From an uncultured Candidatus Saccharibacteria bacterium (GTDB taxonomy: Bacteria > Patescibacteriota > Minisyncoccia > Phycocordibacterales > PALSA-1337): a stretch of 63,722 nucleotides of DNA. Positions 36,549 through 45,884 of the stretch are shown piece by piece (positions within the stretch are counted from its first letter, which is position 1; the number at the start of each line of letters is the position of its first letter). The position numbers and the translations under genes are program-made. Under the pieces are notes generated by a model that made no database searches, was not told the DNA's origin, and worked only from the letters and a program-made list of their open reading frames with translations. The DNA lies in NCBI GenBank assembly GCA_964358005.1, contig CAYHNH010000005.1, positions 1 through 63,722 on the forward strand, given 5' to 3'.

Positions 36549-36860
36549 GGTGGGTGGCTCGGCGTGGTTTATGCGCCGGGGCCATTGCCACGTTCGCTAT
36601 CACGTACTTTTTTCATATACAATATCAGCAGGATGTTTTGTTATATGAGCTTCCTGCACGTGTATACTCCCAAAAGAGCAAGGAAGCTGCGTCCGGAACT
36701 CTGGTTCGATGCGGTAATTCTAGCTACAGCGTCACATATATCCGCTACTGTATATAAAAATTTGAGTGGTGGGGGAAACTCTCTTCCGCCGGGTCGTTGG
36801 CGGTCGCTCGATGCGCGTGGGATGGGGAGAGTGCCGGCGCGACAGCGAATCCTCCTTCAA
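36549..36860 (+). repeat. Intergenic repeat unit B copy 1
   Basis: Aligns with 57208-57510. Shared blocks: GGTGGGTGGCTCGG, TACAATATCAGCAGGATGTTTTG, GTACTCCCAAAAGAGCAAGGAAG, ACATATATCCGYTACTGTATAT. Ends CTCCTTCAA. Has an internal variable GC-rich hairpin. Confidence 0.8.
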
Positions 36861-37498
36861 CTCCTCGATTTTTTTGTAAGAAAGAAAAATCGTCGGTAGC
36901 AATCCAGCGGAGGTGTGACTTCCTTTGTGATGACAAAATGTTTACGGAGCATGTCGCGGAATGATCGGAGGCTGGTCGTCATGCCGTCTATCTCCCAGTA
37001 ATGCTGTTTCGAGACCGCGAAGCCTGGAAACCTGACTGGGAAGAGCAGGGCAAGCCGGATGAATTCGCGCTTGAGCAGGCTCCGGATGTAGGGGAATTTC
37101 AGTATGAACTCGAACCCGGTGCGCCGATGCGGTACCGATATGAGCGCGCCAGCGCGACCCACGCGCGCGATCTCGCCTAGAGCGATCGCGGCTTCCTCGA
37201 GAGGGACGTGCTCCAGGACTTCGAAGGCGCAGACGATATCGAACGAGCCGTCCTTGAAGGGCAGTGCCCGTATATCACCCACTACGTCCGGCTTGAGCTC
37301 CGAGTCGATATCCATGGTCGTGACCTGATAGATCTTCTTCAGAAAATCCGTCACCATAGCGTCTCCGACACCGATGAAAAGGACGGACTTCGGCCCCATC
37401 TCTCGGATGCCGTCTATCTGGTGGAAATAGGAGATGAATCTCTCAAGGGACGCGTACTTCCTATTCGAGTAATAGTCTTTTTGTACTTGGATTTCCAT
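36857..37498 (-). CDS. Class I SAM-dependent methyltransferase
   Basis: VLFIGVGDA...FDIVCAFEVLEHVP motifs. Confidence 0.8.
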   Translation of the reverse strand: MEIQVQKDYYSNRKYASLERFISYFHQIDGIREMGPKSVLFIGVGDAMVTDFLKKIYQVTTMDIDSELKPDVVGDIRALPFKDGSFDIVCAFEVLEHVPLEEAAIALGEIARVGRAGALISVPHRRTGFEFILKFPYIRSLLKREFIRLALLFPVRFPGFAVSKQHYWEIDGMTTSLRSFRDMLRKHFVITKEVTPPLDCYRRFFFLTKKSRS

Positions 37499-37530
37499 GT
37501 TGGTCTAGTCAGTATATACTACACATTATC

Positions 37531-38604
37531 ATGAGAATCTGCTATTTCGGCATATACGACCCGGGGTTCGGCCGAAACAAAGTGTATCTATCGGGCCTGC
37601 GAGCCCTCGGTCACGAGGTCATAGAGTGTCGGGATGATTCTCGAGGACTGCTTAAATATATCCGCTTGGCGCGTCGGCACAGGGCCATCCTGAAGGCTGG
37701 CGGCTACGAGGCCATGGTGGTCGGATATCCCGGCCACATAGTCGTGCCATTAGCCAAGGCGCTCACGAAGAAGCTGGTCGTCTTCGACGCCCTGTGCTCG
37801 CTCTATGAGGGCGAGGTCATATCGCGCGGCAAATACCGCTTTAATCCTTTCATGCGCGCCTGGGTACGCTTCATCGACGAGGCTGCCGTCAAGGCGGCCG
37901 ATGTAGTGCTAGTCGAGACCGACGCCCAGCGCGAGTTCTTCATCAAGCGGTTTAAGCTCGAGCCGGGTAGAGTCTTCAGGGCATTCACTGGCGCTGATGA
38001 GGAGGCCTTCCGCCCTGACTCGCTGGCGGCGAAGCGCGCTGCATTCACTGCGGTGTTCCGCGGCAGATTCCTGCCGGAGGCCGGGGTCAGGCACGTGATA
38101 GGTGCCGCCAAGATCCTAGAATCGCGCGGAGCCGAGGTGTTGGTCATCGGAAACGGCCACCTGGGTTCGGAGGTAAAGTACCTGATAAATAAGTCGCGCC
38201 CAGCAAATCTAGAGTGGGTCTCTGGCTATCAGCCGTTCGCCGATCTAGCCAAGCGGTCTCTGGAATGCCACGTTGCCCTCGGCCAGTTCGAGGATCACGA
38301 AAGGCTCGAGAGGACCATACCGCATAAGGCCTTCGAGGCGCTTGCCATGGGCCTGCCTTACATCACGGCCAGGGCCCGTGGTATATCGGAGATACTCACC
38401 GATGGCGAGAACTGTCTCATGGTGAATCCGGCTGACCCGGCCGATCTGGCTGCAAAGATACTGCGCCTCAAGGAGGATCCAGCGCTAGCGGCCAAGCTAG
38501 GCAAGAATGGTCGGGCGCTGTTCGAGTCTAGGTTCACCGCAAAGCGGCTGGCCCAAGACATCGTTCGCGCCATAACCTCGAGAAAGTTCCGCTTAAATAA
38601 CTGA
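37531..38604 (+). CDS. Glycosyltransferase (GT4-like)
   Basis: GT-B C-terminal half with IPHKAFEALAMGLPYITA. Confidence 0.8.
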   Translation: MRICYFGIYDPGFGRNKVYLSGLRALGHEVIECRDDSRGLLKYIRLARRHRAILKAGGYEAMVVGYPGHIVVPLAKALTKKLVVFDALCSLYEGEVISRGKYRFNPFMRAWVRFIDEAAVKAADVVLVETDAQREFFIKRFKLEPGRVFRAFTGADEEAFRPDSLAAKRAAFTAVFRGRFLPEAGVRHVIGAAKILESRGAEVLVIGNGHLGSEVKYLINKSRPANLEWVSGYQPFADLAKRSLECHVALGQFEDHERLERTIPHKAFEALAMGLPYITARARGISEILTDGENCLMVNPADPADLAAKILRLKEDPALAAKLGKNGRALFESRFTAKRLAQDIVRAITSRKFRLNN

Positions 38605-38605
38605 T

Positions 38606-39229
38606 ATGTCACACGAAAGACCATGGGATGCGTTCGCGCGGGAGAAGCTGATAAAAATTTTCAGTGAGAAATCTCTGATCATCGACATCGGCGGCGGTCT
38701 TAGGATAGATCCATCGAAGAACAATCGCTGTGGTGCCATCCACGGTTTGGACGAGCTTAGCGATATGGCGAAGAAGGTAGACTACAAGATATTGGATAAG
38801 GTGGCTGATTTCCACCCGGATATTCTCGGCGATATCCATGCTCTGCCTTTTGCAGACAATAGTATTGACGCGATCACCTGCGTCTATGTGCTAGAGCATG
38901 TGGAAGAGCCGCAGAAGGCTGTGAAGGAGATGTATAGAGTTTTGAAACCCGGCGGGTATTGCTGGATAGAAGTGCCCTTCCTTTTCTATTACCATCCTAT
39001 GGAGGGCTATTACAAGGATTTCTACCGATTCACTTACGATGGACTGGAATATCTGACTCGAGATTTTAAGCGCGTTGAGATACGCAATCACCGCGGAGCG
39101 CTGGCCACGGTAATGAACCTGCTTCCTTTATTCTCGAAAAAGACCCGTTTTTTTGAGCTCATAGACAAGCTCATAGGCAAGGAAGGCAGCCGACAAACGA
39201 GCAACTATCTGGTATTCTGCGAGAAATAG
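38606..39229 (+). CDS. Class I SAM-dependent methyltransferase
   Basis: IIDIGGG...IDAITCVYVLEHVEEPQKAVKEMYRVLKPGG. Confidence 0.85.
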   Translation: MSHERPWDAFAREKLIKIFSEKSLIIDIGGGLRIDPSKNNRCGAIHGLDELSDMAKKVDYKILDKVADFHPDILGDIHALPFADNSIDAITCVYVLEHVEEPQKAVKEMYRVLKPGGYCWIEVPFLFYYHPMEGYYKDFYRFTYDGLEYLTRDFKRVEIRNHRGALATVMNLLPLFSKKTRFFELIDKLIGKEGSRQTSNYLVFCEK

Positions 39230-40155
39230 GAGAATGTCCTCCTGATGCCCTCCTCGAATGAGATTTTTGGCTTCCAGCCGAGCTTTGCTATCTTTGTAGA
39301 GTCTACGGAGTATCTTACGTCGTGGCCGGGCCGGTCGGCCACAAGCTCGAAATAATTCCCCGGCTTGCCAGCTGCGCTCAAGACTTTCTTAGCCACCTCC
39401 AGATTGGTGAGCTCCTCGCCCGACGAGATGTTGTATATCTCGCTGTCGGCGCCCTTTTCCATGACCAGGAATATGGCGGCGCAGTTGTCCTCGACATGCG
39501 TCCATTCTCTACGATTGAGGCCGTTGCCATAGACTTTGGCTTTACGGCCGCTTTTGGCGCTCTCTAATATGCTGGGGATGAACTTTTCATTGCTTTGGCC
39601 AGGGCCGTAGTTGTTGCTGCTTCTGGTGATCCGGTACTTTATCCCGTGAGTACGTCCCCAGCCCATCACCAGCTGTTCTGCCGCTGCCTTGGTCGCTGAA
39701 TATGGATTCGACGGCTTCAGTAAATCGGTCTCCTTGAATGCGCCTTTCAGTATGTCGCCATACACTTCGTCGGTAGATATCTGCAGGAATAGCGGCTGTT
39801 TCGGTCCGTCCATACCTGCTCGTCCAGCCTTCCTCACGAGTTCCAAAAGATTGTGCACGCCGGATATGTTGCTCCTCATGAAAGCCGAGCTGTCCGCGAT
39901 CGAATTGTCCACATGCGACTCGGCGGCGAAATTCACGATAGTGCCGATGCCAGCAGGGAGCTCCTTCATGTCGGCTATATCTCCCTTGATGAATGTATAG
40001 CCATCGCGGCTGTCGAAATCCAGGTCCTTCCTGGCCGCGTAGGTCATCTTGTCGACATTCACGACCTCATAGCCCTTGTTGAGAGCCATATCGACGAAAC
40101 AGCTTCCGATGAAGCCGAGCCCGCCCGTTACCATTATCTTTTTAGGATTTTTCAT
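39205..40155 (-). CDS. rfbB: dTDP-glucose 4,6-dehydratase
   Basis: VTGGLGFIGS, FAAESHVDNS, STDEVYG, YSATKAA, RPGHDVRY. Confidence 0.93.
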   Translation of the reverse strand: MKNPKKIMVTGGLGFIGSCFVDMALNKGYEVVNVDKMTYAARKDLDFDSRDGYTFIKGDIADMKELPAGIGTIVNFAAESHVDNSIADSSAFMRSNISGVHNLLELVRKAGRAGMDGPKQPLFLQISTDEVYGDILKGAFKETDLLKPSNPYSATKAAAEQLVMGWGRTHGIKYRITRSSNNYGPGQSNEKFIPSILESAKSGRKAKVYGNGLNRREWTHVEDNCAAIFLVMEKGADSEIYNISSGEELTNLEVAKKVLSAAGKPGNYFELVADRPGHDVRYSVDSTKIAKLGWKPKISFEEGIRRTFSYFSQNTR

Positions 40156-41251
40156 AGAATGATCTTACCTGGTCGCACACGTAGAGAACCTGCTCCTCGG
40201 TCAGACTGGGATGAATAGGGAGGGAGAGGATCGTGCTGGCTCTCGCTTCGGTCGCTGGCAAGTTGTCAGCGTTATGCTCCGGGAAGCATTTTTGCTTGTG
40301 GATAGGTATCGGATAGTGTATCAGGCTATCAATCTCTTTTTCCTTGAGGAATTTTTGCAGACCGTCGCGATCCTCTGCTTTTATGACGAACAAGTGCCAT
40401 GAATGTTCAGTCCCAGGCCGGACCTCCGGCAATGAGATCTGCCGTATAGATGAGAGCTTCTTCAAATATATCGCCGCGTTCTTTCTCCGGCGTGCGATAT
40501 TATCTTTCAGGTATCCGAGCTTCACTGCCAATATGGCGGCTTGGAGCTCATCCAGCCGGCTGTTCATACCAATGAGCTCGTGTTCGTAGCGGTCCTTCTG
40601 GCCGTAATTGCGGAGGCTACGGCACTTTTGAGCCAGTCCTGCGTCATCTGTCGAGATGGCACCGGCATCGCCGAAGGCCCCGAGATTCTTGGTCGGGTAG
40701 AAGCTGAAACAGCCGGCGATACCGAATGTCCCGACATGCTTGCCCCCATAGGTGGCGCCGTGGGCTTGAGCGCAGTCCTCGATGACATGGATGCCGCGGC
40801 CTTTTGCCAGGGCTAGGATGTTTTTTACGTCAGCTGGCTGGCCGTATAGATGTACCGGCAGAATGGCGCGGGTCTTATCAGTGATCTTCTTTTCGATATC
40901 CGTAGGGTCGAGGTGGAAATATGCGTCTATATCAGCGAATACAGGAGTGGCTCCGACAGCGCGTATGGCAAGGGCGGTGGCTACGGCAGAAAGGGAGGTC
41001 GTGATGATCTGATCGCCAGCTTTGATGCCGAGCGCCATGAGGGTGAGCTGTAGGGCCTCGAGGCCATTTCCGACGCCTATGACGTACCTAGAACCTGTGT
41101 ATCTGGCAAACTGCCTCTCGAAACCCTCGAGCTCCGGCCCGAGGATATAGTGGCCCGAAGCCATGACACGGAGAGCCGCCGTCTCCAATTCTTGACGGTG
41201 CGCCTCATATTCTGTCTTGAAATCATTAAAAGGGACTTTCATCTTTTTCAT
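40142..41251 (-). CDS. DegT/DnrJ/EryC1 family sugar aminotransferase (FdtB/QdtB-like)
   Basis: CFSFYPTKNLGAFGDAGAI and the overall family pattern; sits in an operon with an FdtA-like isomerase. Confidence 0.88.
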   Translation of the reverse strand: MKKMKVPFNDFKTEYEAHRQELETAALRVMASGHYILGPELEGFERQFARYTGSRYVIGVGNGLEALQLTLMALGIKAGDQIITTSLSAVATALAIRAVGATPVFADIDAYFHLDPTDIEKKITDKTRAILPVHLYGQPADVKNILALAKGRGIHVIEDCAQAHGATYGGKHVGTFGIAGCFSFYPTKNLGAFGDAGAISTDDAGLAQKCRSLRNYGQKDRYEHELIGMNSRLDELQAAILAVKLGYLKDNIARRRKNAAIYLKKLSSIRQISLPEVRPGTEHSWHLFVIKAEDRDGLQKFLKEKEIDSLIHYPIPIHKQKCFPEHNADNLPATEARASTILSLPIHPSLTEEQVLYVCDQVRSFYEKS

Positions 41252-41646
41252 CTTATGGATTTTTTAAACTCGTCATAGTCTCGGATGTAGTCGGCCTCGT
41301 CGTAATAGCCGCTGGCCACAACTAGTATCAGGCAGTCGTTCGAGAAATTCTTCATCGAGTGCCACAGGCCTGTTCCTAGTCTGATGCCCGTGGAGGGGTC
41401 GTTCATGGAGATGGTCTGGCTTTTTTCGCCGTCGTCTAGTTCCAGATCGAACTGGCCACGCAGGCAGAAGATATATTGCTCGAGCTTTTTGTGAGCATGG
41501 TTACCCCGCACGCCTCTCGGCTTGTCGATCACATAAAATCTTTTGATGTCGAAAGGTATTTGTTTGCAGGTCTCCCCGACAAACAGATTATCTGCGGGTT
41601 GATCAAGCCGTATGATGCCAGAGTTTTTAACGCTTATTTTTTCCAT
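41248..41646 (-). CDS. dTDP-4-keto-6-deoxyhexose 3,4-ketoisomerase (FdtA/QdtA, WxcM-like cupin)
   Basis: RGVRGNHAHKKLEQYIFCLRGQFDLELDDG cupin motif; 132 aa. Confidence 0.78.
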   Translation of the reverse strand: MEKISVKNSGIIRLDQPADNLFVGETCKQIPFDIKRFYVIDKPRGVRGNHAHKKLEQYIFCLRGQFDLELDDGEKSQTISMNDPSTGIRLGTGLWHSMKNFSNDCLILVVASGYYDEADYIRDYDEFKKSIR

Positions 41647-42370
41647 TTTTCTTTTTCATGTATTCCGCAGCCGCATGCAGGCTGTCGAATGTGCCGATAT
41701 CGAACCAAGCTTTCGACAGGAAGACCGCCTTCAAGGATCGCTCCTTTATATACTTGTTATTCACGAATGTTATCTCGAATTCGCCGCGCTTGGAAGGCTT
41801 CTGGCCGATCATCTTCCTCCAGACCGTATTGTCGTAGACATAGAGCCCGGTCACCGCGAGATTGGTCTTAGGCTTGGCTGGTTTTTCGATGATGTCGAGG
41901 ACCCGACCATTCTTGTCCAATTCGGCCACACCGAAGCGCTCTGGATCAGTGACTTCTTTCAGGAATACTAGCGCGCCCTTTTTGAATCTGGCCAGATGGC
42001 CTCCGATGTCGTCTTCGAAGATATTGTCTCCGAGATGCAGGACGCAGCTGTCATCGCCTATGTAGTCTTTGGCGATATAAAGCCCGTCGGCCAGGCCTGA
42101 GGGCGAGTTCTGAATGCCGTAGACTATCTGAATCTGTTTGTTATTTCTTGTGGACTTGAAATTCTGGCCTGAACCCAGGAGGCTAACGAAGCTATCGAGG
42201 TGTGCCGGAGAAGTCACTATCATTATCCTGTCTATGCCTGCGGTGACGAGCTTCTCGATCGCATAGTAGATGACCGGCTTGTCGTATACGGGCAGGAGAT
42301 GCTTGTTCGTGGCCAGAGTGAGGGGGTAGAGCCTGGTCGCTTGGCCGCCTGCTAGGATGATTCCTTTCAT
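41627..42370 (-). CDS. rfbA: Glucose-1-phosphate thymidylyltransferase (short form)
   Basis: MKGIILAGGQATRLYPLT...NKHLLPVYDKP. Confidence 0.9.
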   Translation of the reverse strand: MKGIILAGGQATRLYPLTLATNKHLLPVYDKPVIYYAIEKLVTAGIDRIMIVTSPAHLDSFVSLLGSGQNFKSTRNNKQIQIVYGIQNSPSGLADGLYIAKDYIGDDSCVLHLGDNIFEDDIGGHLARFKKGALVFLKEVTDPERFGVAELDKNGRVLDIIEKPAKPKTNLAVTGLYVYDNTVWRKMIGQKPSKRGEFEITFVNNKYIKERSLKAVFLSKAWFDIGTFDSLHAAAEYMKKKNGKNKR

Positions 42371-43335
42371 AACCCTATATGTTGCTTGATTCGCCTCAAT
42401 ATATCAAGCGGCTCTGCACAGCCCAGAGACCAGGACGGGTCAATGCCGCGGGCTTTGTCATAGGCTGTTTGCAGGGCATCTAGGTAGGGTCCATAGATGC
42501 GTCGATCGCGCACAGTGACAGGGTAGACCTTTATCCTGCCGGTTCTCGCCATGTATATCTTGAGGCCGTGGAAGTGATAGAAGATGAGAGGCCATCGGGC
42601 GCGGTCGTACGTCTCTATGTTCCATGAGGCCACATTGGCGCCGCGGTTCTCGAGCACATGGACTCCCTTGAATCTGGTCGGCCAGTCATTGAGGTACAAC
42701 TGGTCGCCGAATTTGCCCTTGCCCGCCGAGTCCACCTCATAGCGTGCGTAGCACCATTCGATGACTCGGTCCTTCCACCAATGCAGAGCCTCGAGGGCGT
42801 TCGTGTCATTCCTGAATATCATCATGCCGACGTTGTAGATGCCGCTGGTCCTTTCGCGGTGCTTCTCAGTGGGGGAATAGTTGTGCGGGATGATGAGGAT
42901 GGAGTCGGAGGCTAGCTCGCGATAGATCTCATCCGGCGGGGCGTAGAAATATATGTCGGCGTCAATGTAGGCGATCATGTCTAGCGTCGGGTTCTTTTCG
43001 AGCAGGTAGAGGGGCAGGGCGGAGCTCCACATCCAGCAGTATTCGACGGAGGTGCGGCCGGGCTTCACAGCGGTCATCCGAGAGTCTTCTACTTCGGATA
43101 TTTTCAGGAGGTGAGTGTTCGGAAGGGAGAGCTTTGCCATCATTGCGTAGGATTCGTCGTCCATGCAAAGCATCCAAAGGGTAAAGCCGGCTGGACAGTG
43201 CCGGGCTAAGGAGGCGTGCAGAGCGATGCCCCTGGTCAGGAAGTTCTTGTCGAAAAGGGTGCAGAAATTGAGGGCAGTGCCTGTGGTGGTGCGGTTGGTG
43301 GTGCGAGCGGCGGTGCTGGAGGCCGGGGTCATCAT
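42367..43335 (-). CDS. Putative GT-A fold glycosyltransferase (GT8-like)
   Basis: FCTLFDKNFLTRGIALHASL...YIDADIYF (DxD) suggests a nucleotide-diphospho-sugar transferase fold. Family not certain. Confidence 0.55.
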   Translation of the reverse strand: MMTPASSTAARTTNRTTTGTALNFCTLFDKNFLTRGIALHASLARHCPAGFTLWMLCMDDESYAMMAKLSLPNTHLLKISEVEDSRMTAVKPGRTSVEYCWMWSSALPLYLLEKNPTLDMIAYIDADIYFYAPPDEIYRELASDSILIIPHNYSPTEKHRERTSGIYNVGMMIFRNDTNALEALHWWKDRVIEWCYARYEVDSAGKGKFGDQLYLNDWPTRFKGVHVLENRGANVASWNIETYDRARWPLIFYHFHGLKIYMARTGRIKVYPVTVRDRRIYGPYLDALQTAYDKARGIDPSWSLGCAEPLDILRRIKQHIGL

Positions 43336-43408
43336 TTGAGAATGCTAGCATATATTTTATGTGGCAAATAAGGTCGCCCAGGGGGCGTTATCCTTCGGGT
43401 ACGCCTAC

Positions 43409-43597
43409 TATTTTTATATACAGCAGATGATAAACATGTTGTTATGCAGAAAAATACTTACCTCTGTGGCCAATCGTCAACGCAGCTTTCTAGCTTGTTT
43501 GTATATCAGGAAAGATATAGAAGCCTTTAGCATGACACTTTTCTATTATTGTAAATGAAAAAAGTTGAGCTGAAGGGAAAGTGACCTCCGGCGAATC
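43409..43597 (-). repeat. Intergenic repeat unit B copy 3 (diverged, reverse orientation)
   Basis: The reverse complement of 43545-43590 matches 57246-57290 (GTCACYTTCCCTTCAGCTCAACTTTTTT-ATTTACAATA). The reverse complement of 43409-43422 is CTGTATATAAAAAT. The middle region is diverged. Confidence 0.55.
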
Positions 43598-43604
43598 TTA
43601 TTTC

Positions 43605-44330
43605 TTATTTGCCATCCTTCTTCTTTGCCAAGACCACGTTGTCCATATACAGATCTTTATTCGCTGGCAGGATGGACGCTAGCACGCTCCCCAGAATAGT
43701 GAAAGGCGAAATGATGACGATGTAGGCGATGACGCGCAGGCGATATGACCTTATCCAGCCGAGCTTCTTATGCAGGTAGCAATTTACGAGCTGGAAGGGG
43801 ACGCGCAGATCAGCCACAGTCCTCACGTGCTCGATGATCTCGAACCCATGCTTCTCTAGCAGGTGCTTCAGGCCAAATGAAGAATAGCGCGCATAATCCC
43901 AAGGCTGTTCATGCTCGTCCCAGACGAATGGCACGCTCAAGAGCATAGTACCGCCGGGCTTGGTGACACGGTGCACTTCCTCCAGGAATTCATCCGGATT
44001 GAAGACGTGCTCCAGGACCTGCGTCAGGATGACTGAATCGAACGAACCGTCGGCGAAAGGGAAATGCGAGCCGTCATACCAGGCATCGATATTCTTGAAA
44101 CGAGCGCGATTTCCCGGAGAGTCGTACTCTAGGCCGACGTATTCCGACGCCCCCTTAAATATCCTCTCATACGGTCGGTGTCCACAGCCGACATCGAGCA
44201 CTCGGCCAGTGATGCGACCCGACATCCGGACCATAGCGCGCCTCAATTCCCGGCGCACGATATAAAATGGGTTTATGAAAATCCCGAGAATGCCCGGATC
44301 GAATTGCTGGTCTTGGATGTATCTTTTCAT
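43605..44330 (-). CDS. Class I SAM-dependent methyltransferase with C-terminal TM
   Basis: VLDVGCGHRPY...FDSVILTQVLEHVFNPDEFLEEVHRVTKPGG. Confidence 0.85.
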   Translation of the reverse strand: MKRYIQDQQFDPGILGIFINPFYIVRRELRRAMVRMSGRITGRVLDVGCGHRPYERIFKGASEYVGLEYDSPGNRARFKNIDAWYDGSHFPFADGSFDSVILTQVLEHVFNPDEFLEEVHRVTKPGGTMLLSVPFVWDEHEQPWDYARYSSFGLKHLLEKHGFEIIEHVRTVADLRVPFQLVNCYLHKKLGWIRSYRLRVIAYIVIISPFTILGSVLASILPANKDLYMDNVVLAKKKDGK

Positions 44331-45139
44331 CTTTTCAATATAAGGCCTTTGAGCGCGATGCGTCCAGCGGCGCCATTATAGCTCATGCTACCGCAATCAT
44401 ATTCGCTTGCTAGCGCGTAGCCGCGCTCCTCGAAGAACCGCTTGAACAAAGCGATATTGAAGATCCTAGCGGGGTATGAGGCATCGTATATGCGTGGCGA
44501 CACTTTCTGCACTGTCATGCGGTCGGGCTCATTCCAGAATGGCGTTCGGTCGAACGCAATGCACCGGAATCCTGATCGGCAAGCCTTTTCCAGTATCGAT
44601 CTGTAGTCATCTATATATTGTATGGAGCTGGAGAACAGCAGGAATTGTGGATCCATATCTTGGAGCGCCGCCTCGATAGAAGGGAAGAACTTCAGGCTAT
44701 CGTCTTCAAAGTCCTTCTTGCCTGCGGCCACGAATCCCGGTTGTTCCACGATGTGCCAGCGGACCTCTTTGAGATGCCCGAGCTTGCCCTTATTCTGAAA
44801 ATAACTGCTTCCGAGCGAGCCACCGAAATCTACGACATGGAGCTTGCCGCCATTCTCTGCGGCTGATGACAGCAGGGCATCGAGGACCGGCTGGGAGTAC
44901 TGGACTTCATCGAAGAGCATCGAATCCCTCTCATAGACAGCCTGGCCACGCTTGACCTTGAGCAGGGCGGCACGGACTTTTTCGAGGATGGCGTCCTCGT
45001 CATAGCCCCGGGAATCGGAACGAGCCTCCGCCCAGGTCCGATAATCGCCGAAGAAGCCGTACTTCGATGGTTTGCGCAGCCTAACTAGGACTCCGGCAGG
45101 CAGCAGGCCTTTTACCCAGGTTTTAATTCTTGGAAGCAT
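44327..45139 (-). CDS. Putative methyltransferase (TIGR04325-like)
   Basis: FGDYRTWAEA...VVDFGGSLGSSYF pattern. The ATG at 45139 (MLPRIKTW) was chosen to avoid a 137-nt overlap. Confidence 0.65.
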   Translation of the reverse strand: MLPRIKTWVKGLLPAGVLVRLRKPSKYGFFGDYRTWAEARSDSRGYDEDAILEKVRAALLKVKRGQAVYERDSMLFDEVQYSQPVLDALLSSAAENGGKLHVVDFGGSLGSSYFQNKGKLGHLKEVRWHIVEQPGFVAAGKKDFEDDSLKFFPSIEAALQDMDPQFLLFSSSIQYIDDYRSILEKACRSGFRCIAFDRTPFWNEPDRMTVQKVSPRIYDASYPARIFNIALFKRFFEERGYALASEYDCGSMSYNGAAGRIALKGLILKR

Positions 45140-45884
45140 GTATGGAATTCGGCCAGTTTCCGGTGAAGGGCAGCTCTCCATCGCCAGCCCAGAAATAAAG
45201 ATTATGACGATCCGGATATATAGTTTCAAATACCGTGACCTCCTTGAAGTGAGGCTCAAGGAAGCGCATCAGGTCTTCCTTGCCCTTGAATTCATATTCG
45301 TGGTGCGATAGAGATTTGCGGCCGTCGGTCTTTTCGACGATCGTATACCCGCTGAGGATGCCGTCCTTCTTGAGCCGGAGCTTGATGTCCCTCATGAGCT
45401 TCTCTATCTCTAGCGGCGTGAAATGCTCGATGGCAGCATCCCAGACCACATTGTCAAACTGTCCTTGAGGCATGGCATCCCTGATGTCGGCCAGGATGTA
45501 TGTCACGTTAAGCGCGCGGTTCTTCCTCACGGCAGTCTCGATCGCCTTGGGATCAAAGTCGCAGGCTACGACCTGGCCTGATCTCAAGCTGTAGAAATTC
45601 CTAGCGTTGAAGCCGTCCCCGCAGGCCAGCTCTAGAACATCGCCACCCTTGAGAGCCATACTGCCGAACGCGCCCCTTTCGACCCACAGAGAGTTCCTTG
45701 TTGCTAGCCATTTATGGTACAGGTCTATCTGATGGTCGAAATGTTCCGGCTGTGGAGGGAATCCCCATTGGACATATTTCAACCTCCGATGAGCGGCCGC
45801 CACCCAGGATGAGGCGAGCGAGCACTCCAGCTGAGATAAAGGTTCTAGGATCGTCTTTGCCAGCGCTTTTAGCTTGTATCTCAT
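45123..45884 (-). CDS. Class I SAM-dependent methyltransferase
   Basis: VLELACGDGFNA...FDNVVWDAAIEHF. Confidence 0.8.
   Translation of the reverse strand: MRYKLKALAKTILEPLSQLECSLASSWVAAAHRRLKYVQWGFPPQPEHFDHQIDLYHKWLATRNSLWVERGAFGSMALKGGDVLELACGDGFNARNFYSLRSGQVVACDFDPKAIETAVRKNRALNVTYILADIRDAMPQGQFDNVVWDAAIEHFTPLEIEKLMRDIKLRLKKDGILSGYTIVEKTDGRKSLSHHEYEFKGKEDLMRFLEPHFKEVTVFETIYPDRHNLYFWAGDGELPFTGNWPNSIHASKN

Noticed and set aside
36554-36899. Plus-strand ORFs 36554..36757 and 36564..36899 inside repeat B copy 1
   Set aside because: The homologous copy at 57208-57510 has indels and stops that destroy both frames, so the repeat is non-coding.
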